In this document: positions 23,300 to 35,528 of the stretch, in pieces | Layout: each line of letters starts with the position of its first letter | Position numbering within the stretch: position 1 is the stretch's first letter | Source: Chiloscyllium plagiosum | Lineage: Eukaryota | Length of the DNA: 42,397 bases | NCBI RefSeq assembly: GCF_004010195.1 | Contig: NC_057750.1 | Span: 14,810,809-14,853,205, forward strand | Reading direction: 5' to 3' | Made by a program: the position numbers and the translations under genes | The notes under the pieces: model-generated | What the model saw: the letters and a program-made list of their open reading frames with translations, nothing else | Told to the model about the DNA's origin: nothing | The model's database searches: none

Positions 23300-24640
23300 G
23301 TTCAGGGGGCCCATGGTCTCAGAGGCAAGATGTTAGCATGGACAGAAGTTTGGCTGCCTGGCAGAAAGCAGAGAGTGGGGATAAAAGGGTCCTTCTCAGG
23401 ATGACAGCCGCTGACAAGTGGTGTTCCACAAGGCTCAGTGTTGGGATCACAACTTTGCACTTTATACATTAACAATCTAGATGAAGAAACTGAGGGCATT
23501 CTAGCTATGTTTGCAGGCAAAACAAAGAGAGGTAGAGGGACAGGTGGCAGTGAGGAGGCGGGGAGTCTGCAGAAGGATAAAAGTAAATTACTATGGATGC
23601 TGGAATCTGAAACCAGTACAGACCAGGGATGGGAGTGGGGGGGTCTGTGTAAGGGTAAGGGGGTGTGTTGAAGGGTCCTATAACCAGCTTTGACAAAGGG
23701 TCAGTTAAACTCAAAACGTCAGCTCTTTTCTCTCCTTACAGATGCTGCCAGGCCTGCTGAGATTTTCCAGCATTTTCTCTTTTGGAGTCTGCAGAAGGAA
23801 TTGGACAGGTTAGGGGAGTGGGCAATGAAATGGCAGATGGAGTACAATGTGGGAAAGTGTGAGGTCATGCACTTTGGGAGGAAGAATAGAGGCATGGACT
23901 ATTTTCGAAATGGGGAGAAAATTCAGAAGTGTGAAGTGCAAAGGGACTTCGGAATTCTAGTCCAGGATTCTCTCAAGGTATACATGCAGGTTGTATCTGT
24001 AGTTAGGAAGGCAAATGATAGCATTTATTTTGAGTGGTCTTGAATATAAAAGCAGAAATGTACTTCTGAGGCTCTATAAGACACTGGTCAGACTGGTTTT
24101 GGAATATTGTGTGCAGTTTTGGGCCATATATCTCAGGATGTACTGGCCTTGGAGTATGTTCAGAGGAGGTTCACAGAATGGTCCCAGGAATGAAAAGCTT
24201 AACATACGAGGAATGTTTGAGGTCTCTGGGTTGATACTCGATGGAGCTTTGAAGGATGAGGGGGGATTTAGTAGAAACTTACATATTATTGAATGGCCTG
24301 GATAAGGTAGATTTGGGATAATGTTTCCACTGGTAAGAGAGACTAGGACCTGAGAGCACAGCCTTAGAATAAAGGGAAGATCTTTTAGAATGGAGATCAG
24401 GAGAAACTTCTTCAGCCAGAGAGTGGGGAATCTATGGAATTCACTGTCACAGAGGGCTGTGGAGGCCAGGTCATTGAGTATATTTAAGATTGAGATAGGT
24501 TCTTGAGTATCAAGGACATCAAGGGTTACGGGGAGAAAGCGGGAAATGGGGTTGAGAAACTTATCAGCCATGATTGTATAGTGGAGCAGATCCAAAGGGC
24601 TGAATGGCCTAATTTCTGCTCCTATGTTTTATGGCCTTAA
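23300..24640 (+). mobile_element. CR1 LINE RT-to-3' fragment
   Basis: SGVPQGSVLG, LYINNLDEE, WQMEYNVGKCEVMHFG, LYKTLVRLVLEYCVQFW, and 3' tail. Confidence 0.9.
23578..23783. mobile_element. Penelope-like insertion with host-derived filler
   Basis: 16-bp TSD GGAGTCTGCAGAAGGA at 23562-23577 and 23784-23799. Confidence 0.75.
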
Positions 24641-24935
24641 CATGGGGTTCAAATCCCACTATGGCAGATGGTGAAATCTAACCTGGAATTAAAAATCTGG
24701 AATTAAACCTTGGTCTGTTGGCAACCATGTAAAAGCTATTGATTGTTGCAAAACCTCATCTGGTTCACTGAAGCTTCTTTCAGGAAAGGAAATCTGCTGA
24801 CCTTTCCTGGTCTGGCCTACGTGGGACTACAGACTCATAGGTTTGTGGTTAACCCTTAACTGTCCTCTGGGCAATTAGGGTTGGGTGTTACGTACTGGGC
24901 CTTGCCAGCGACACCCACATCCCGTGGACAAATAT
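24640..24935 (+). mobile_element. Family-B tRNA-headed SINE
   Basis: GGTTCAAATCC B box; shared body and tail. Confidence 0.75.
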
Positions 24936-24949
24936 TTTTAAAAATTATG

Positions 24950-26370
24950 AATCCCAGGACATCACTGCATCAACTGGGGTAGAGACCTAGGCCTATACAT
25001 CTTCAGCTGCTTGATCAAAGACCTTCCTTCCATCAGAAGATCAGAAGATCAGAAGTGGGATGTTTTCTGATGATTGCACAATGTTCAGCAGCATTTGCTA
25101 CTCCTTAAGTACTGAAGCAATCTCTGACCATATGCAGCACGACCTGGACAATATCTAAGCCTGGGCTGTAAAGTGGCAAATAACATTTGGACCAGAAAGG
25201 TGCTAGGCAATGGCCTTCTCTTACAAAAGATAATCTAGCCATCTCCTCCTTGACATCACCATCACTAAATCCCCCGACTATCAACATCCTTGGGCTTACC
25301 ACTGACCAGAAACTGGACAATTCATGTAAATACAGAGGCTACAAGAGCAGGTCAGAGCATAGGAATGCTGCAGCAAGTAACTCACCTCCTGATTCCTCAA
25401 AGTCTATCCACTATCCAAAAGGCACAAGTCAGGAATGTGTTATGATCTCAGCTAATGGTAATAAAGGACAAGTCAGAACCCACAATGAAGCCTGGCTTGA
25501 TAGATCAAAAATTTAATTTCTGCGTTTGATTGGAACATGAGCTTTTGAAATCAGAATTCTTTACACAAACGCTTTATATGTTTTATAATTTTAGAAGAAT
25601 TAGAAAGATCTTAACACAAATGTTTCAACCCAAAGTTCCCAACATCATCCATTACAGAAACTCAATCCCAGAGAATCATCACTTTGAGCTCAGCTTTTTG
25701 AATCTTTTTTGAACTGACACACCTTAGTTTCTTTCTCTTGGAGAGCTGACATGTTTCTTTTTTAAAAATATTCCCTCTGAGTCTGCTGGCATGAACCTCT
25801 CAGAATTCTGATGCCTTAAATTGGCTCAGTTCTGACATCCTGGAGATTTCTGTCCAAAATCCCCTGGCTTGGAAGCTCAACAGACTAGAAACCAATTCTG
25901 CTGAGGTGACTGGCTCCCCAGAACTGACTGGATTGCCCTGTGAGGAAAACGTGTTCCACTTTCTGAACTGAACTCCAACTAAAATGCTGAATATTCCGAC
26001 CGGACGTCAACTTTAAACTAATTACTTCAACATGTTTATTCTGCATTTCATAAAGCCGACAGCAGAAACATTTTATTCCTAACACCACAAGGTTACTCCC
26101 TGGCACTCTACTGCAATTACATGCTTTCTTGGAACTGATGGACTTCGGTCAATGTTCCGATTTGACTTCCCGAATAACACTACCATCCAGGTCAAATCAA
26201 CTCACAGTACTGGCACCCCATCCACCACCTACAATATTCACTTCCTGTACCAATGATGCATAGTAGCGGAAGTGTGTGCCCTCTATAAATGCACTGCAGC
26301 AAATCACCAAGACTCCCTTTGACAGCACCTTCCAACCCCAGACATCCACCATCCAGAAGGACATTGGAAA
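24950..26370 (+). mobile_element. Family-B LINE fragment interrupted by an LTR-like element
   Basis: FSDD-like RT motif and INILGLTTDQKL; resumes near 26180. Confidence 0.65.
25438..26179. mobile_element. Probable solo LTR
   Basis: TGTTAT...ATAACA inverted termini, about 740 bp, interrupts a LINE; no clear TSD. Confidence 0.55.
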
Positions 26371-26701
26371 ACTGATGAAGGGTTGCATTTTGTTTTTGCA
26401 TTATTCTGGTACACCTTCCCTGAATGGCCTCCAATGCATTTGCATCAACCCTGAGATAAGGTGACCAATACTGCTCACAGTACTCCAGATGCAGCTTCCC
26501 AATGCCCTGTATAACTGCAGCAAAGGCTATCTCCTTTTGCATTCTGTTCTCCAGCAATAAATGCTAACATGGCATCAGCTTTCCCAATTACTTGCTGTAC
26601 CTGCAAACTAACCTGTTTGTCATGCATGCACAAGGGCACTCAAATCTCTGCATCTCAGAGCTCTGTCATCTCTTGCCATTGAGACAATATGCTTTTTTTT
26701 A

Positions 26702-26922
26702 ATCAGAGCTGAAAATGTGTTGCTGGAACAGTGCAGCAGGTCAGGCAGCATCCAGGGAACAGGAGAATCGACGTTTCGGGCATAAGCCCTTCTTCAGGAA
26801 GGGCTTATGCCCGAAACGTCGATTCTCCTGTTCCCTGGATGCTGCCTGAACTGCTGCACTGTTCCAGCAACACACTTTCAGCTCTGATCTCCAGCATCTG
26901 CAGACCTCACTTTCACCTCAAA
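26702..26922. mobile_element. Fold-back Penelope-like insertion
   Basis: 91-bp inverted arms; TSD GCTTTTTTTTA at 26691-26701 and 26923-26933. Confidence 0.85.
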
Positions 26923-26953
26923 GCTTTTTTTTATTAGTCTGCCTGCCAAAATG

Positions 26954-27406
26954 GAGATTTACTAGGATGTGGCCTGGTATTGAGGGAGGTCTTACGAGGA
27001 AAGGCTGAGGGACTTGAGGCTGTTTTTGTTAGAGAGAAGAAGGTTGAGAGGTGACTTAATAGAGACATACAAAATAATCAGAGGGTCAGATAGGGTGGAC
27101 AGGGAGAGCCTTTTTCCAGGTATGGTGACGGCGAGCACGAGGGGAAATAGCTTTAAATTGAGGGGTGATAGATATAGGACAGATGTCAGAGGTAGTTTCT
27201 TTACTCAGAGAGTAGTAAGGGTATGGAATGCTTTGCCTGCAACAGTAGTAGATTCGCCAACTTTAAGTACATTTAAGTCGTCATTGGACAAGCATATGGA
27301 CGTACATGGAATAGTGTAGGTTTGATGGGCTTCAGATTGGTATGACAGGTCGACGCAACATCGAGGGCCGAAGGGCCTGTACTGCGCTGTAACGTTCTAT
27401 GTTCTA
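26954..27406 (+). mobile_element. Young CR1 3' end
   Basis: ERRRLRGDLIETYKII...FFTQRVVRVWNALP and (gttcta)n tail. Confidence 0.9.
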
Positions 27407-27925
27407 ATTTCACATTTTCCCACACTAAGCTCGATTTACCAGATCTTTGCCAGTTCATATCTTTTTGTAACCTCATGACCTCTTTATAACTTTCCTGGCT
27501 AAGACTGTGTCAGCAGCGGAGGTGGTAATCATATCTTCCATCCCTTCTTCCTAATTAGTCATATAAATTGGAAACAGTTGAGGTCCCAGCAGTCATACAC
27601 CATTTGCTACAGCTTGCCAGCCAGAAAATGAGCAAATATGCATATTCTCTGGTTGACGTTGGCGAGTTAATCATTTATTCACGGCACCATGTCACTTTCT
27701 ACACCATGAGCTCTATTTTCTGCATTGACCTTTGGCGTGGCATCTTAGCGAATACCTGCTGTATTAGTTACCAGATCAACTTTCAGCTGCTCAATTCTGC
27801 AGCACCAGACAAGGGGAGCCTCCACTACGTCAGCAATTAAAGGAAGTGGAGGTCAGAGAAACAGGAAGGCTTTCCCTTCCAGCCTGCTCTGTCGTTTAAT
27901 ACAATCATGGCTAATCTCATCTCAG

Positions 27926-28128
27926 GGAGGAGAAAGTGAGGACTGCAGATGCTGGAGATCAGAGTCAAGAGTGTGGTGCTGGAAAAGCACAGCCGGTCAG
28001 GCAGCATCCAAGGAGCAGGAGAATCGACATTTCGGGCATAAAATTCCGGATGAAGGGTTCCATTCCTGATGAAGGGCTTATGCCCGAAACATCGATTCTC
28101 CTGCTACTCGGATGCTGCTTGACCTACA
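27926..28128. mobile_element. Fold-back Penelope-like insertion
   Basis: TSD CTAAT(C/T)TCATCTCAG at 27911-27925 and 28129-28143; core CTGATGA at 28066. Confidence 0.8.
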
Positions 28129-28287
28129 CTAATTTCATCTCAGCTTCAACTCCACTTTCCTGCTCGCTCCCCATATTCTTGAACCCATTACTAATTAAAA
28201 ATCTATCTCCACCTTAAATTTATTCAGTGATCTGGCGCGTACCTGGGGTAGTGAATTGCACAGATTCACAACTCTTTGAGAGACATT

Positions 28288-28602
28288 GGCGGCACGGTGG
28301 CTCAGTGGTTAGCACAGCTGCCTCACAGCACCAGAGTCCCAGGTTTGATTCCAGCCTCAGGCAACTGTCTGTGTGGAGTTTGCACATTCTCCCCGTGTCT
28401 GCGTGGGTTTCCTCCGGGTGCTCCGGTTTCCTCCCACAGTCCAAAGATGTGCAGGCCAGGTGAATTGGCCGTGCTAAATTGCCCGTAGTGTTAGGTGCAT
28501 TCGTTAGTGGGAAATGCGAGTGGGTGGGTTATTCTTCGGAGGGTCGGTGTGGACTTGTTGGGCCGAAGGGCCTGTTTCCACACTGTAGGGAATCTAATCT
28601 AA
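28288..28602 (+). mobile_element. HE1-type V-SINE, full length
   Basis: A box TGGCTCAGTGG 28298-28308, B box GGTTTGATTCC 28342-28352, V-domain, CR1-like tail, aatctaatct. Confidence 0.9.
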
Positions 28603-29029
28603 AAAAAAAGAGTACTTCCTGCACATGGCGGTTTTGAATCTGCCACCCCTTTATCCTAAAACTATGACCTCTCGTTCATCGTGAAGAAATAATCAGAGGA
28701 TGATCGGTAACAGGAGCAGAAGGAGACCCTGCAGTCCATCGAACCTGCTCTGCCATTCAATTATATCCTAGTTGATCTGATTCTGACCTTCATTCCACTT
28801 TACTGCCTGCTCCACCCTGATGACCCCCGACTCCATAATCAAGATTTTCATCATAATGAGAGTTAGGGATAGAGTAAATCTGCTGGTAAATGCGTTAATA
28901 AGCAGGAGATGACGGCTCTCCGGTACAGGTGAAGGGAATATTTTCACGCAGAGTAATCGGAGTCTGCCAGACTCCACCTGAAGCTAACGCGGAATTGGAC
29001 AGGTACGTCAGGGGGAGAGGCATGCAGAG

Positions 29030-29860
29030 TATAATCTGCAAACTTGCCCAATTTGGCAAGAAGAATGGAAAATCAAGATGTCATGTTAGTGTTATTTCAT
29101 TATAGAACTCAGAGGTGCAGAGGGATCTTAGCGTCCAGATACATGGACCATCTCAGAATTGTTACAGCGCAGAGAGGGACCATTTTGCCAATCGAGCCTG
29201 CAGCAGCTTATTAAGTGAGCATCATTACCTCACACAATAAATAGTTAGTTCACAGGCACAGCCACTGATTAGGAAGGCAAACTGAATGCTGTTGATTAAT
29301 GTAAGTGGCAGAATGGAATATAAAAGTAGAGGTGTTTTACTACAGCTATAAAAAACACTGGTAGTGTCATATCTGACATACTGTGTACAGTTTTGGTCGC
29401 CGAACGTAAGAAAGGATGTAAATGCACTAGACACAATTCAGGAGAAATCTCATTCGATTTATACCTGGGATGAGGGTCTATAAGGAAAGGCTGGTTACGC
29501 TGAGCCTGTATCCGCTGGAGTTTGGAAAAATGGGAGGTGGAAACGTTGACACACAAGACTATGAGAGGATTTGACAGGATAGATGCCTGTGTGGGAGAGA
29601 CGAGAACTGGGGCAGGGCACTATTTAAAAGTAAGGGGTCATCATGGGTCTTTGGAACTCCTGGGGCACGGTGGGGAGGAATCATTGAATATTTCCAAGGC
29701 AGAGGTAGACAAATTCTTCATTAGTAATGAATCAAAGGTTATCAGGAATGTGGAGTTGAGTCCCCAATGGAATCAACCACAATCTTTGTAAATCGTAAAT
29801 AGCAGGCTCAAGGGGCCAAACGGCCTAAACTTGTTCCTAATTCGTGGGTCCATATGAAAT
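29030..29860 (+). mobile_element. Old CR1 3' fragment
   Basis: Degenerate LYKTLV..LTYCVQFWSP and 3' UTR. Confidence 0.65.
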
Positions 29861-30002
29861 GGAACATGAGGACGTCAAAATTCAAAGCAGGAGGTTGCCA
29901 TTGGGCCACTCTAGAATGCTCTGCTGGTCAACAGTATCGAGGTTGATCTCATTGTGGCCAATCTCCTTGCCCGAGCCCCATAAAGCTCAACTCTAATGAT
30001 GA

Positions 30003-30311
30003 TGATTAGATTCCCCTCCAGTGTGGAAACAGGCCCTTTGGCCCAACAAGTCCACACTGACCCACCAAAGAGTAACCCACGATTTTCCTCTGACTAATGC
30101 ACCTAACACTACGGGCAATTTAGCATGGCCAATTCACCTGACCTGCACATCTTTGGACTGTGGGAGGAAACTGGAGCACCCGGAGGAAACCCACACAGAC
30201 ACGGGGAGAATGTGCTAACTCCACACAGACGGTCACCCGAGGGTGGAATCGAACTTGGGTCCCTGGCACTGTGAGGCAGCGGTGCTAACCACTGAGCCAC
30301 CGTGCCGCCCC
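30003..30311 (-). mobile_element. HE1-type V-SINE
   Basis: Homology to the other copies. Confidence 0.88.
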
Positions 30312-30802
30312 ATAACTCCTTCGTATCGGGCAAAGATCTAAAGTAGTCAGCCTCCAGTGCACTGAATGACACAAACTCCACTGTTCTCCTGGGGAGAGTA
30401 CTCCAAACACCAACAAGCCTGTGCAAAAAGGAACTCATTTGTGTCCGTACTTTAGTCGCCATGCGCAACCCTCCCCTCCCCTCCCTGCCTCTCCTGAAGA
30501 CCTGCACAAGAGGGAACACATCCCATCACCAGGACCCTTTGGGAATTCTACCTCAATCTTATTAATTGATATGTGAGGGTCTGCTGAACAGTGCCACCTC
30601 CGATAGTGTTGGGACTGCTGCCACTTCCCTAATAATAATGGTACCACCACCACGTCTGTGCTGCTCAGAACTCAATGCTCTCATCGGCATGTAGAGATTG
30701 CTGGTTGTCCCAGTGACGCTGTATCCCCCTCCTACCTCAAGGACACACCCGACACCTCTGATGTAATGGGCATGCTCCAGGAGACAGGCCCTTCATAGTG
30801 AG

Positions 30803-31155
30803 GAGGCGATGGTGCAGCGTTTATAAACCCGAGGCCCCATGCTAATGGGTTTAAATCTCACCATAACAGATCGTAGCATTTATAATCGACGCATGACATC
30901 TGCAATTGTAACCTCATCTCAATGATGGTGACCATGACAACCATCAACCACCAATTACTGTTAAAACTCATCTGACTTACTGACACCCTTTGGGGCAGGA
31001 TATCTACCATCCGCACCCAGTTTGGCCTATATGTAATTCCAGACTCATAGTTGTGTGGTTGACTCTTAATTAGCCTCATCCGTCACTGAGTTGAAGGGCA
31101 ACTAGGGATGGGCAGTAAATGCTGGCATTGCCATTGATGCCCACATCCTGTGAAG
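30803..31155 (+). mobile_element. Family-B tRNA-headed SINE, diverged
   Basis: Body matches 39020-39322 and tail matches 41790-41840. Confidence 0.7.
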
Positions 31156-31837
31156 GATTTGTTAAAATGGAGATCAGGCAACACTGAAAGAGACCTGAAT
31201 GCCCAACAGCTAATTCTAGGAAACATTAACACGGACCTAAGCAGGAATTTCTCACTTGTGTTCCACTGCAGTTTTCAAATGAGAAACATGGAGCAACATG
31301 GCACTCAATGTGACTCGTTTGCTTGGTTTAATTCACAAGCTGGTGAGTAAACACAGACATTGCCAAAGCTTGCACATGTTCCAACAAGTTGTAGCTATAA
31401 CCTACATTTAGCACCTCTGAGCTCTGTCACTGGGTCTGGGCTGCTGTCTCCTCCTGCCAGCAATAAGCTTCCATTTCCTCACTAACCGTGCTGGCCTCAG
31501 GAAACATATAACTCCATCAGCAGCCCAAACAGAGCAGTGATGGCCTCACAGGGAAAGAGCTCACTCCTTGTCAAACGTAGGAGTCTGGACCTGTGTCAAT
31601 GAACTTCACCAAAGGGCTGGGGGTTGAAAGTGTTTGCAATTCAATCCCAAGTCATGCTGCAGTATTAATTTCTACACATTCCAGCTAATTGCAATTTATC
31701 TATTATGCCCATTCCGAGATGCAATATATTTACAGCAGTACAATCCATGTTGTAACACACATTTTGCACAATCCTTTAACACAGACTAGTCCTTGCAGTA
31801 TTACCAATTACATACAGTGCATGCTGCACATTATGTT

Positions 31838-32499
31838 TGTGACGATGCTGTCACTTTAAGAGGTGATTCTATTCGGGTTTTCTTTGAAGAGAGGTTGCAA
31901 GGCAGAGGTAATGAGCTGTCTCGAAGAAAGTAAACAAGTTTGGAGCCTTGGTTTTTTTAAAATTGGAACAATGGAAGCAGCAGCCTAGGGTGTGGCCAGC
32001 TCCCACAGACCTGACTTCCTTGTTCTTTTCAGTCTTAAGTTTAGTTTTAAGCTGAAGCCTTTGAGGTCTCAAAAGAGTTGGAAGCATCAGTGAACATCCC
32101 CTCGCTGCTAATCTCTCTGAATCTTCTCTTGATGTTTCTTCCGCTTTTGTACTGGAAAAATGCATGTAAGAATCTGTGTCTGAATGTGCCTTTTTACCAA
32201 GGGGTGTATTTATGGGATGTTACTGTGTTGGAATAGTTCATCAGTAATAGGTGCTGTATCTATCATTCAGTTACGTTTTCCAATACTTAAGATATTCTAA
32301 ATTCCTCTTTCTTTTGTTTGTATTCTAACGATAGTGTTTGAATAAATTGTGTTTTGCTTAACGTCAAGTAGTTTGACCAGTCACTTCACATCTGGAACAC
32401 GGCACTTCCCATTTACCTTTAAAATAAGAAAAACATTAGGGTCCCAGGCTACCTTCTTAAAATATTTTGAGGGGGTCTGCTCTGGTCTGGTTCATAACA
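31838..32499 (+). mobile_element. Solo LTR, about 660 bp
   Basis: TGTGACGA...TCATAACA termini and AATAAA at 32341; splits an AT-rich repeat; TSD not clear. Confidence 0.7.
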
Positions 32500-33300
32500 C
32501 ATACAGTTTTGGCAGTAATACATATTACATACAGCCCATGTTGTAATGCATATTAGACAGTCCATGCTGTAATAATGACATAAAATACATATGACAATAA
32601 ATTCTAATTCTAATTCTATGCAATCCTGCACTTACAGCAATATACGAAAGTCCGTATTGTTATATATGATGCAGAATGTGCATTATATGTATTAAACATA
32701 GTCCATGCCAAATATTTTATGTACCCACTGTGTAGTAACATATATTATGAACAGCCCAGCGCATGCTGTAACTTGTGCTGCTCCCAGTCTTTTCTGTCAT
32801 TCACAAACCACACTGTAATATTTTACGCTCAGTTCAGTCCAGACTGCAATCCCTATTATAATAAATCCCTGCTGTAATATGTAATATATTCAGTCCGTGT
32901 TGTAATACGATAAGGAGCATAAGCCCTGCTGCAATATACATGACACAGTTTGTCTTGTAATAGAATCATTCACAGTCTACGCTGTAATATGCTTCATGAA
33001 TAGTTTGTGCTGTAATCTACATTATCTATGTTACAACGTATGTTATTCCTTATAATGTATAAAATCAACAATCCGTGCTGTAATATTATACAGAGCTCAA
33101 TGCTTGTTGTAATATACATTAATGTGTTATGATAAACCATCTTCACAGTCTGTGTTATAATATATTATCTATAATGCATATTGTATTATATATTGTACAG
33201 TCCATATAGAAAGTGCAGTATGTACTTTAATATAAATTATCAACAGTCTACAGTTTAATATGTGTTATATCAGTCCATATTGTCATATATGTTATATGCA
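32500..33300. repeat. Old AT-rich degenerate tandem repeat
   Basis: Recurring acagtccatgctgtaatat; also at about 31720-31837, with similar sequence at about 41880-42130. Confidence 0.7.
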
Positions 33301-33610
33301 ACCTGGATCCTTTCCCTGTCCAGATGCCAACTCCCTTTGGGGAAGAACCCAGCTCCTTTCTTTTCTATCACCAAGTCACCCATGGCATTTTCTACCCATT
33401 ATCCTCCATCACCCTAAATCACCCACGTTTCCAATTCATCAAATTATGTGCAATGCCTGGCAAGGCCAATGCAGACCACCAAAGGTGAGGGCAAGGTAGG
33501 GAGAGAGGGAGAGGCTCAAGCAACATGGAATTGGGAGGAGAGGAACGCAACTCTTTTTTTCCTTTCAATGAGATCATGGCCCCTCCAATACTCCCCGACT
33601 GTATTAGACT

Positions 33611-33780
33611 CCATGTCCAGGGATGTGTGGATTAGATGGATTGGCCATGAGAAATGCAAGGTTACAGGGATAGGGTAATTAGGGGGCGCATTTGGGTGGG
33701 ATGCTCTTCAGAGGGTTGATGTGGACTCAATGGGCCAAATGGCCTGCTTCCACACTGCAGGAATTCTAGGATTCTATGAT
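33611..33780 (+). mobile_element. HE1-type SINE, 3' part
   Basis: Matches the 3' half of the older HE1 copies. Confidence 0.7.
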
Positions 33781-34213
33781 CTTCTTGCCTTTTCCTGACC
33801 CTTAAGGATCAATATACCCCAAGTTAACAAACTGTGTTTGACCTATCTTTTGTTTTCAAATCAACCTGCTCAGAGATGTTATTACACATGTTTGGAGCAG
33901 GCAGGACTTGAAACTACGCCTCTCGGTCCAGAGGTAGGGACACTACCACCACACCACACAAGGAGGCTCTTCTATCACTTCTTTTTTTTATTTAATCTGG
34001 TTTCCTAGTCAACCCATTCAGAAATGTTATTACACATTGGAACCCAAGCCTTGAATGCAAAAGCCAAAGAGCACCATCTTCTCTCACTCCGCTCTGGAGA
34101 TGTCCTGGTCGTCCCTTACAGGGTCCTGGATTTTTAACTTTGACATTTTCAATTTTTTGTTTGACCTAGATGAGGCTCCAGAGAATTATGAGGATGGCTC
34201 TTGGACGTTGTAG

Positions 34214-34495
34214 GTAAAAACAATGACTGCAGATGCTGGAAACCAGATTCTGGATCAGTGGTGCTGGAAGAGCACAGCAGTTCAGGTTTGCTGCTCGTCG
34301 GATGCTGCCTGAATTGCTGTGCTCTTCCAGCACCACTGATCCAGAATCTTGGACGTTGTAGTCGACTGTAGTGCTGGAAAAGCACAGCAGGCCAGGCAGC
34401 ATCCGAGGAGCAGGAGAATCGACCCTTCAACGGACTTATGCCTGAAACGTCGATTTTCCAGCACCACTCTCTCGACTCTGATCTCCAGCACCACG
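34214..34495. mobile_element. Two adjacent fold-back Penelope-like insertions
   Basis: First bounded by TSD TCTTGGACGTTGTAG (34199-34213 and 34347-34361); second at about 34362-34495. Confidence 0.75.
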
Positions 34496-35218
34496 TTTTC
34501 CCTCTTGGATGCTGTAAACAGGATGGTGCAATGGGAGTTTGTACAGCACTTGGACGTCAATGTGGAGAGGTATGAAGTGATGGGCTTGCAGTCACTAACA
34601 TGCTGTGAAATTACATGGTACAATTATACATAGTGTGGATGAAAAGAATGCATATATTGTATATATGTATTGCTTAAAAGCAGCAGCGAAACTTGTTAAG
34701 GTGCATTAAAAAGTGGGTAACTTGGATTTATAGAAGCAAGTACAGAATATAAAAGCAAGGCTGGAACTTTAAAATCACTGGTCAGTCCTCGGCTGAGGAC
34801 AATCAGAGCCGCACGCTTCAGAACAGAAATAAAAGACATGAGGAAAGGGGGTTTCTCAGGAAGGTTTCCGCAGTGAGCTACTTCCATTCTGAGGAATTGC
34901 TGGAATACTTCGGACTATTGTCCTTATGGCAGTGAAGGATAACAGATACCTAAGGTGGTGAGAGATTAGAAATCCGTCTGGCAAATGGGTCAATAAATAG
35001 AAGGCAGTGGAAGCTGATTACAAAAGCAGGTACATTAGGATGAGGAACATACAGAGAACATGGCATATAGGACTAAGGATGAGGAAGAGACCATTTGGCC
35101 CCTTGGTCCATCATCCATAAGAACGTGGCTGATCACGCTATGGTCTCAGCTCCACTTTCCTGCCTGCTGCTTATAATCCTTGATTCTTTTATCTACAAAA
35201 CATCTATCTAACTGAAGT

Positions 35219-35528
35219 TTAGATTAGATTAGATTAGATTCCCTGCAGAGTGGAAACAGGCCCTTCGGCCCAACAAGTCCACACCGACCCTCTGAAGAGT
35301 AACCCACCCAGACCCATTTCCCTCTGATTAATGCACCTAACACTATGGGCAATTTAGCATGGCCAATTCACCTGACCTGCACATCTTTGGAATGTGGGAG
35401 GAAACTGGAACATCCGGAGGAAACCCAGACAGACACGGGGAGAGTGTGCAAACTCCACACAGACATCGCCCGAGGCTGGAATCGAACCCGGGTCCTTGGT
35501 GCTGTGAGGCAGCCGTGCGAACCGCTGA
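35219..35528 (-). mobile_element. HE1-type V-SINE
   Basis: (ttaga)n tail and V-domain. Confidence 0.88.

Noticed and set aside
25800..25838. MSELSQFK as the missing spectrin exon
   Set aside because: Stop after 12 codons, no flanking homology, and inside an LTR-like element.
27795..27820. REST/RE1 site (cagcaccagac)
   Set aside because: Only the left half-site matches; spacing and right half are wrong.
28288..28360. tRNA gene
   Set aside because: tRNA-derived SINE head continuing into the V-domain; many diverged copies.
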